NCBI GenBank assembly: GCA_964632315.1
Contig: CAZWEM010000065.1
Coordinates: 1 to 14,291 of the forward strand
Direction of reading: 5' to 3'
DNA: 14,291 bases
Source: an uncultured archaeon
GTDB taxonomy: Archaea; Asgardarchaeota; Lokiarchaeia; Sigyniarchaeales; SOKP01
The position numbers and the translations under genes are program-made. The notes beneath the pieces were generated by a model, which saw only the letters and a list, made by a program, of their open reading frames with translations, ran no database searches and had not been told where the DNA came from. Shown here in pieces: positions 1-6,097 of this stretch (position 1 is its first letter; every line of letters begins with the position of its first letter).

Positions 1-965
1 AATCTGTTCCAGAAGTTTATTTGATTTAGTAATTCTTTCTTTTTTCTCTTGGTTTTCATTATAACTTGAGATACCTTGGTCCTAAATTTAAACAATTTTT
101 TTATATATTCATAAAAATCGATATTATATCTTTTTGTAATTAGATCTGAATTCAATAAAGGAACAGATAATGAATTTTGTACTGTATGTTTATTAATATG
201 CATTGCATGATCACCAATAGAATAGGAAAAAGTTATGGATTTTAAAACAGAATCAAAAGACTGAAATTTTCCAAGAGTTCTTGGTTCTTGAGTAAAATAT
301 CCATGCAGCAACGTATCAGTTCCTTTATAGACATTATTTTCATATTCTGAAATAATTATTGACTCGAATTCACCGGGGTGATGTCTTTTTATATTGAATC
401 TTTCACTTACTAGCAAAATAGCTTGGTTAGCCCTATGGCAGACCGTGTAACACCATTTTAAAAAAAATTCAAGAAATTTTTTGGATTTAAAATTATAATA
501 GTAAAAATCAGGATTAAATAAGATTGGAAATCCAAAACCCCTTGATGTAGAAAATATAAATTGATAAACGTTTCTCGTTTTCTCACCTTTTATAATTCCT
601 GGAAATCGATAATGTAATACCAATTTTGGATAAAGCGCTTTAAATCCCATATCCATCCATGCTTCAAATAAAATAATACCATCGGGAAACTTAAAGGAGT
701 CTTTTTTCGTTGTAAAATCTTCATTAAGAGCAAGTAAAGCAGAAGGAATGGAGTGCAACCAATCACCACTGGATTGTAGCAATTTCACACCTTCTTTAAA
801 TTTAAGTAATAAGTATGGCTTGATCTGCTCTTGTATTTCACTCTTTTTATGATAATAGTTGTTCATTACTCTTATTAAGGATAAGATTTCCATTATTTGC
901 CTTTGAACATCATGTGAGACATTAACACGAGATGATTCAGTATCAATTGGTTTGGAGCCCTTCAA
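1..965 (-). CDS. Hypothetical protein, 3'-truncated by the window edge (about 321 aa visible from TTG 965; alternative start ATG 893)
   Basis: My manual translation is stop-free from 998 to the window start (…MEILSLIRVMNNYYHKKSEIQEQIKPYLLLKFKEGVKLLQSSGDWLHSIPSALL…KKELLNQINFWNR). It is missing from the ORF track, presumably because its stop lies outside the window. No recognisable motif, and the start codon is uncertain. Confidence 0.8.
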   Translation of the reverse strand, partial: MKGSKPIDTESSRVNVSHDVQRQIMEILSLIRVMNNYYHKKSEIQEQIKPYLLLKFKEGVKLLQSSGDWLHSIPSALLALNEDFTTKKDSFKFPDGIILFEAWMDMGFKALYPKLVLHYRFPGIIKGEKTRNVYQFIFSTSRGFGFPILFNPDFYYYNFKSKKFLEFFLKWCYTVCHRANQAILLVSERFNIKRHHPGEFESIIISEYENNVYKGTDTLLHGYFTQEPRTLGKFQSFDSVLKSITFSYSIGDHAMHINKHTVQNSLSVPLLNSDLITKRYNIDFYEYIKKLFKFRTKVSQVIMKTKRKKKELLNQINFWNR

Positions 966-1091
966 TGCTTTAAACCAGAAAATATTAATAGATAAGATCT
1001 AATATTTTTTTTCATTTGAATCTTATCATATATCTCCTTAGATGAATAATAATAAAATTAGAAGGTAAAGCAAGTAAATTCGATTAGAATT

Positions 1092-1565
1092 TTAACCTTG
1101 ATTTTGCCTTTTGGCAAATAAAGTTTTTAACTCGCTCATTATTGCGCCTCTCAAACTAACTGGACTCGCGGGACGTACTGCACCTGGAGCACCCGGTCCT
1201 GGTGGTGGACCTCCTGGTGGACCTCCTGGTGGCGGTGGTGGACCTCCTGGTGGACCTCCGGGCGGAGGAGGTGGAGCATTTGATGGTGTTGGAGCACTAT
1301 TGGGTGCACTGGGGGCTGAAACAATGGGAGCTGATGAAGAGGATCGTGATTTAATTGCGGTAAGGTCGCTATTAACTGCATTCAACCTTGTTTCTAATGA
1401 TGTGAGTTTTTGGTTTATAGTTAATAATGATTGGTCCACTAGATCGGGGATCCTAAGGATCATTGACATCATTTTTTCGACGATATCCCCGAAAGCATTT
1501 ACTTTATCTTCAATAGGTGACTTTCGAGCCTTGTCCAAGAAGCTTGAAAATTCTTCAGCACACAT
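1092..1565 (-). CDS. Coiled-coil + polyproline + C-terminal amphipathic basic helix protein (Ena/VASP- or WASP-family-like candidate actin regulator)
   Basis: ATG start, 157 aa. Heptad-like segment INQKLTSLETRLNAVNSDLTAIK, then a Ser/Pro/Ala linker, then APPPPPGGPPGGPPPPPGGPPGGPPP, then C-terminal RGAIMSELKTLFAKRQ. Same strand as all neighbours. The CDS is well supported; the function is inferred. Confidence 0.7.
   Translation of the reverse strand: MCAEEFSSFLDKARKSPIEDKVNAFGDIVEKMMSMILRIPDLVDQSLLTINQKLTSLETRLNAVNSDLTAIKSRSSSSAPIVSAPSAPNSAPTPSNAPPPPPGGPPGGPPPPPGGPPGGPPPGPGAPGAVRPASPVSLRGAIMSELKTLFAKRQNQG
1201..1266. repeat. 33-bp tandem duplication built from 12-bp ggtggacctcct subunits, encoding the repeated PPPPPGGPPGG unit
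   Basis: 1201-1233 and 1234-1266 match at 30/33 positions. The three differences are synonymous third positions of Pro codons in the minus-strand ORF. Confidence 0.9.
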
Positions 1566-1651
1566 TTTTTACACGTTAAGGTTAACTAATTCTAATAATT
1601 ATATATTTGAACTATTTAATAAATTTAAGCAGAAATTGATTTCTTTCTTTT

Positions 1652-1676
1652 AAAAAAATTGGAAAGAAATTAAGAA
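1652..1676 (-). terminator. Putative archaeal oligo-T terminator after the BAR-like gene
   Basis: Minus strand reads TTCTTAATTTCTTTCCAATTTTTTT directly after the TAA stop at 1677. Confidence 0.4.
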
Positions 1677-2297
1677 TTAACTCATTTTTGATACTGAATC
1701 TTTCACTTTCATCCATAAACTGTCTACTTCATCTCTTTCTTGTAAAAATTGGTTGAGGCTTTTTATCATAACATCTCTTGCTCTATCAAATTCTCTTTGA
1801 ATATCATTAAATTCAGATTCTAATATTTTCATTTTCTCTCCCTCAATTAAGTCATTTTTCTTTTTTTCTACCGATAATGCCTTTTTTATCACTGTACTCC
1901 TCCTTTGAGCGACATCATTCAAGGCATTTGCAAATTCTTGCTTCTTTTCTACAAAATATTCTTTTTTAAGAGTCAGATTCTTAATTGCATCAATATATTT
2001 TTTAGTATTTTCAATATAATTATCATTTTGATGGATTATTTCCTGAAATAAATTGACTTCTTCATCTTTAATATTAGATCTCTTTTCCCTTACTAAGGTT
2101 TGCATTTGTTTTAAAACATCTCTAAAGGTTCTATTAAGCATTTCGCGAGCAAGGTTTGCTTTAGTAAGGTTTTCAGCATACTTTTGTTGAGAATTTATTA
2201 ATACGGTTTGAGCTCTAGAATGTTTTTTTATTTGTTTTACTAATTCTTGTTCAGTTTTTGCTAATTCAAGTTCATCTTCATGGGTTATAATTGGCAT
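1677..2297 (-). CDS. All-helical 206-aa coiled-coil protein, putative BAR-domain (SNX-BAR/Vps5-C-like) protein
   Basis: I prefer ATG 2297 over the track's TTG 2321 because TAAGGTGATT (archaeal SD) lies just upstream. Nearly free of Pro/Gly, BAR-sized, with a basic patch (RRSTVIKKALSVEKKK) before a last helix EKMKILESEFNDIQREFDRARDVMIKSLNQFLQER that resembles SNX-BAR helix 3. The CDS is solid; the BAR call is tentative. Confidence 0.55.
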   Translation of the reverse strand: MPIITHEDELELAKTEQELVKQIKKHSRAQTVLINSQQKYAENLTKANLAREMLNRTFRDVLKQMQTLVREKRSNIKDEEVNLFQEIIHQNDNYIENTKKYIDAIKNLTLKKEYFVEKKQEFANALNDVAQRRSTVIKKALSVEKKKNDLIEGEKMKILESEFNDIQREFDRARDVMIKSLNQFLQERDEVDSLWMKVKDSVSKMS

Positions 2298-2302
2298 TTT
2301 AA

Positions 2303-2370
2303 TCACCTTAGATTGGTACAATCTATTTTATAATATTATCACTATAGCAATTCAATATTATAATTTTTAG
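2303..2370 (-). promoter_or_regulatory. RBS (AAGGTGA, 2309-2303) and TATA-like promoter region containing a 10-bp inverted repeat
   Basis: ttataatatt (2328-2337) and aatattataa (2354-2363) are exact reverse complements with a 16-bp spacer. The minus strand reads AAAAATTATAATAT, which is BRE/TATA-like. Confidence 0.45.
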
Positions 2371-2387
2371 GTTTTTATAATTTCAAA

Positions 2388-3446
2388 TTATCTATAAGGA
2401 AAAAAGGCAGTTATTATATTATCTCTATAATTAGCTTTTATTATTTTTGCTTTTACAACTTGCCCTAGCAATTGTTCAGAGTAGGAAAATGGCTTGTTAA
2501 GTAGTAATTTAATTCCTTGCTTTTCATTAATTTTTGCAATGCATTCCCTGTCCCATCGCCCTTTAGATACAATTTTTATGTCTACAAGATCACCTTTTTT
2601 TAAAGATGTTAGCTGAATGGATTTTCTTTTGTGAATTCCAAAGTCTTGAGGCCCAAGTTTTAGTTTTAAATCATACTTCCTTTCTAATTTTGATAATTGA
2701 TGATAAAAATAGCTCCATGATTTTGGTCTAACGTTTTTTAATTTCCTTCCCGTTTTGTATAGTAAATATTTTTGGATTCCTATACCAATTTTTTCTTGGG
2801 AATATTTTGCATTTCTAAATTCGACCACTAATTTTATTATGTCTTGAATATCCTTATCATTTTTTCCAGGAAACCATACTGGTGCAAGTAAAACATTTAT
2901 TTTTGATTTTAAAAGCAATTTGATGTTGCTCAAGAGGGAATTTAAATCATAATTCGTACAATTACACAAGTTATTTGCTAAATTGGCATTTAATGTGTTC
3001 AAACTTAGATTTAACCTTGTAAGATTCAGTTCATCCAATTTGCTAATTACTTTTTCATTTAGCAACAATCCATTACTCTGCATTGAGATGATTTTTACTC
3101 CCTTTAAAGCCCATAATCTTTCCAATAGTTCATATAATTCACCATATAATAATATCTCCCCATATGGTGCGATATGAATTTCAATATCATTCTCTCCTTT
3201 TACTTGTATGACTTCTTTAACTTTTTCAACTAGACTTTCAGCACTAACGATAAAATTTGTGGAATAATCTCCAGCACTGACAAAACAGTATCTACATTTG
3301 AGATTACAGAGAGTAAGCGGTTTTATTTCTATGATATTGGTTCCTCGATCAATAATACCTAAGAAATCTATGCCAAATAATGGGATATTTGATTCATTAT
3401 TCACGTAAATTAGGTCTTGATGCATGTTTACTTCTCTATCTATCAT
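2388..3446 (-). CDS. Radical SAM protein with C-terminal TRAM-like domain (archaeal COG2100-like)
   Basis: CxxxCxxC motif CNLKCRYC preceded by IDRGTNIIEIKP; GE and SMQSNG motifs; beta-rich basic C-terminus (KKGDLVDIKIV…GQVVKAKIIKA). ATGA overlap with the pelota stop. Confidence 0.85.
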   Translation of the reverse strand: MIDREVNMHQDLIYVNNESNIPLFGIDFLGIIDRGTNIIEIKPLTLCNLKCRYCFVSAGDYSTNFIVSAESLVEKVKEVIQVKGENDIEIHIAPYGEILLYGELYELLERLWALKGVKIISMQSNGLLLNEKVISKLDELNLTRLNLSLNTLNANLANNLCNCTNYDLNSLLSNIKLLLKSKINVLLAPVWFPGKNDKDIQDIIKLVVEFRNAKYSQEKIGIGIQKYLLYKTGRKLKNVRPKSWSYFYHQLSKLERKYDLKLKLGPQDFGIHKRKSIQLTSLKKGDLVDIKIVSKGRWDRECIAKINEKQGIKLLLNKPFSYSEQLLGQVVKAKIIKANYRDNIITAFFPYR

Positions 3447-4516
3447 AATTTATAATGTAAAATGGCTACAAGAGCACCCAAATCATCAATTTGCTTTCCA
3501 GTAGGATGTTCGCTGCTTAAAATGTTAACTTTTCCTTGAGCTTTTTCAACTTTAATTATTATATCCTCGATACGGAGTTTATGATCTTTTGAAGCTCCTC
3601 TAATAAGGGAATCCACTATGAAGAGTTCTTTAATGGCCTTATGTGTAGCTGCTTTTTCAACTTCTTCAAAGCCTATGGCAATTAAATCAGGATCTGATGC
3701 AAATAATTGAAAAATTTCTTCAATTTTCTGAGTTTCTTGAATTATTTTCACATTTGATTTTATTTGAATTAATTCCTTTGATTTTAGTATCTCGTTAATA
3801 GCACTCTCAGTACCGGAACTAGCATGAAAACTCTTCACTTTTTGCATCTCGCTAAATTTTATTTTTTCTCGTAAATAATTGGAAAAATGATCTCGTATAT
3901 TTCCAGGTCCACATACAATTATTATGTCAATTTCGGTTTTCTCCATATTTTGCACGAGAACTTTTGCTATTTGATCATAAAAATCATTATATGCTTTATT
4001 TCGATGTGACTGTTCATATCTCTTACCAGGAATATTTTTTTTAATCGTCGCAATATGATTATGACTGTAATTGGTTACTAAAGAAATCGTTGCTAAACCT
4101 GTTTCAATGGCAATTATTAACATATTAAATTTATCTTCAAACTTAGAAGCTTCTTTAAGTCGATTCAGCTCACTTTTTAACCATTTCTCTTTCTTAATTG
4201 ATAATATATTTCCAATTTCGATATTAAAGGTATGATATGTTCCATAACTTACTAGATCTTCTGGACCTTCTAAGATGGTTCCCTTAATCCTTAAGCGATT
4301 TGAAAATTCATGGAATCCTACTGATTCTACCCGTAACTTTAAACTCATTGTTTTGCGCTCTCCTTTCGTTCCTTCTTTTAATACTACTCTTCTTTGAGTC
4401 CGACTTGTAATCTCATCATCTTTGGAAATGACATTATAGAGAGACCAAAGATCATTTAAAGTTTCTACTTTAATTGTAAATTCTTCGAGATTTTTGTCTG
4501 ATTCTAATATCTTCAA
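3443..4516 (-). CDS. pelA: Archaeal pelota (Dom34) ribosome rescue factor
   Basis: ETLNDLWSLYNVI, FHEFSNRLRIKGTI, GTYHTFNIEIG, IPGKR, CGPG and SSEHPTGKQIDDLGALVAIL motifs; 357 aa; TTG start. Confidence 0.96.
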   Translation of the reverse strand: MKILESDKNLEEFTIKVETLNDLWSLYNVISKDDEITSRTQRRVVLKEGTKGERKTMSLKLRVESVGFHEFSNRLRIKGTILEGPEDLVSYGTYHTFNIEIGNILSIKKEKWLKSELNRLKEASKFEDKFNMLIIAIETGLATISLVTNYSHNHIATIKKNIPGKRYEQSHRNKAYNDFYDQIAKVLVQNMEKTEIDIIIVCGPGNIRDHFSNYLREKIKFSEMQKVKSFHASSGTESAINEILKSKELIQIKSNVKIIQETQKIEEIFQLFASDPDLIAIGFEEVEKAATHKAIKELFIVDSLIRGASKDHKLRIEDIIIKVEKAQGKVNILSSEHPTGKQIDDLGALVAILHYKL

Positions 4517-4617
4517 GATTTATTGATCTAACTCCGAAAATAATTGCTTGATTGAACAAGGATGGTAGGATCTGAAATGTGTGTTATCCAATAAATTTAA
4601 TCATTAATAAAAGGATT

Positions 4618-4640
4618 AAAAAAAAGAAAAATACAAAAAA
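4618..4640 (-). terminator. Putative oligo-T terminator of the WH2 microprotein gene
   Basis: Minus strand reads TTTTTTGTATTTTTCTTTTTTTT starting 3 nt after the TAA stop. Confidence 0.6.
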
Positions 4641-4643
4641 TGC

Positions 4644-4796
4644 TTATTGTTCTCCTAAGGCTTCTTTAATTTTCTCCAGTTCTGCCATACGTTTCTTTTT
4701 TTCTTCTTCGCGTTTCTTCATATCTTCTTCATCCACCTTTTGGAGAGATACTCCTTTCTTGATCTCGTTTTGTAATTCCTTATCGATTGGAGTCAA
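4644..4796 (-). CDS. 50-aa stand-alone WH2-motif microprotein (putative G-actin-binding peptide)
   Basis: Manual translation: MTPIDKELQNEIKKGVSLQKVDEEDMKKREEEKKKRMAELEKIKEALGEQ*. TTG start with AAGGTG about 10 nt upstream, an in-frame stop just upstream (4805-4803) that fixes the start, and a T-tract downstream. It fills an otherwise empty 440-bp gap. LxxEIKKGVSLQKV fits the WH2 consensus LLxxIRxGxxL(K/R)KV. Confidence 0.78.
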   Translation of the reverse strand: MTPIDKELQNEIKKGVSLQKVDEEDMKKREEEKKKRMAELEKIKEALGEQ

Positions 4797-4806
4797 CTTA
4801 ATTTAA

Positions 4807-4875
4807 CACCTTGGTTTAAAAAATAGTTCGATATTTTATACAGATATTATAATACTTTTTCTATATAAGTTTTAG
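4807..4875 (-). promoter_or_regulatory. RBS and BRE/TATA-like promoter for the WH2 microprotein gene
   Basis: AAGGTG at 4812-4807. Upstream minus-strand AAAAAGTATTATAATAT and AAAACTTATATAG are A-rich BRE + TATA-like boxes. Confidence 0.5.
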
Positions 4876-4954
4876 TTTATAGAAAATCGAGATTTAGGAT
4901 GTTTTAGACCATTTTCTCCTTTTTTTTCAACTGAAAATTAAAGGTCTTTTTTTA

Positions 4955-6097
4955 TCACTTTATTCCCAATTCTTCTTTAAAGACATCAATTGGAGTCTTT
5001 TCAGTAATTTGTCGATATTTAGTTTCCATAAAAGGTGTTGTTTCCATAATATATATTTTCATATCGTGGTTTAGGGCAAACTCTTGAAAATCATTATTTA
5101 AAGCAATATCAACTGGGAAATTTATTTCGTCATTTCTTATTTCAAACAATTTTTGGGGTAGTCTCATTTCAGAAATGAAATAATTTTTAATGAATTCCAA
5201 TCCTCGTTGATTTCCCTCTACAGAGGCAAAAATGAGGAGCCCTTCCTCTGTGATTTCTTCAAAAGATTTTTTAATTGATTTAGCTCGTCGGTTATATCTC
5301 TTACTCAACTGCCAAAAATCTTTTGTTAGCACAGTGCATAAATGTATCTTCAATTGTACTTTATCGGCTACTCTTTGAATTAGTTTAAGCGCCAACTCTT
5401 TACTGTTTTTCACGGAAGCAATTGATCCATCTTGTAAAAAATATCCTCTAACTTTTAAGTACTCACTATTGGGCATACAATATTCGAATTCATTAAAATT
5501 AATGAAATCTGCCCCAATCTCTTCTAAAAAGTATATAAGGTCTTCTAATTCTTTGATGTGGAATGTATCTGGAATAGCTGGTACTTCAGCTCCGACCTTC
5601 ATTCCCTTATTTAATGCAAACTTGATATTATTCCAAATTTCTCGAGGAGGGTTAAATCGAATCTCATCTAATCCCGCATCTGCCAATTTTTGAGCAATAT
5701 GTTCATTGAAATTCAATCCATTAGTATATAAATGGACATGAAATCGTTTTCCCTTTTTCTGCTTGATAAAGTTGATGTAATCAATCGTTTTTTTAACATT
5801 TGGCTCAAACAGAGGATCACCTCCCGTAATACTAATCCCAGTTGATCTTGATGTGTTTATTTCTTGAAGTAAATCTAATTTGGTGATTAGAGGAATTTCG
5901 TTGGTGAAACTGAATTTTTTATTTTTTCTCTCTTCAGATATAGGACAATACCAAAAGCAATGTTGAGGATTTTGACATACGCCGTTTAGGAATAAAACCG
6001 TTTTTTTACCTTGTAGACATAATTTACATCCTTTTGGGATGCCTCTTCCCTTAATATAATAAGAATTCCTTTTTGATTGGACGATTCTTTTTTTCAC
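4955..6097 (-). CDS. Radical SAM protein (archaeal COG2108-like) with extra N-terminal CxxC
   Basis: PKGCKLCLQGKKTVLF, cluster motif CQNPQHCFWYCP, GISITGGDP, HVHLYTNG, AGLDEIRF and GAEVPAIP motifs. GTG start overlaps the upstream TGA (GTGA). Confidence 0.88.
   Translation of the reverse strand: MKKRIVQSKRNSYYIKGRGIPKGCKLCLQGKKTVLFLNGVCQNPQHCFWYCPISEERKNKKFSFTNEIPLITKLDLLQEINTSRSTGISITGGDPLFEPNVKKTIDYINFIKQKKGKRFHVHLYTNGLNFNEHIAQKLADAGLDEIRFNPPREIWNNIKFALNKGMKVGAEVPAIPDTFHIKELEDLIYFLEEIGADFINFNEFEYCMPNSEYLKVRGYFLQDGSIASVKNSKELALKLIQRVADKVQLKIHLCTVLTKDFWQLSKRYNRRAKSIKKSFEEITEEGLLIFASVEGNQRGLEFIKNYFISEMRLPQKLFEIRNDEINFPVDIALNNDFQEFALNHDMKIYIMETTPFMETKYRQITEKTPIDVFKEELGIK

Noticed and set aside
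985-1029. Selenocysteine or stop readthrough at TGA 1014-1012
   Set aside because: The same frame hits TAA at 987-985, so readthrough would not join the long ORF.
1195-1275. Collagen-like protein or CRISPR-like repeat
   Set aside because: There is no continuous Gly-X-Y periodicity (the units are GGPP and PPPPP) and no unique spacers. It is a coding tandem repeat.
1111-1653. 180-aa plus-strand Gly/Pro-rich ORF, and the 76-aa minus-strand alternative frame 1151-1381
   Set aside because: These are shadows of the polyproline gene, since GGN/CCN codons keep other frames open. They have no evident RBS and no coherent domain structure, and the plus ORF opposes all neighbours.
1677-2297. ESCRT-III/CdvB or PspA assignment
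   Set aside because: It lacks the acidic C-terminal half and MIM-like tail, and no Vps4 or other ESCRT gene is present in the window. Not formally excluded without a structure.
4579-4806. 75-aa plus-strand ORF in the track
   Set aside because: Its Phe/Ser-rich text is the antisense of the E/K-rich WH2 microprotein, and the RBS and terminator signals are on the minus strand.
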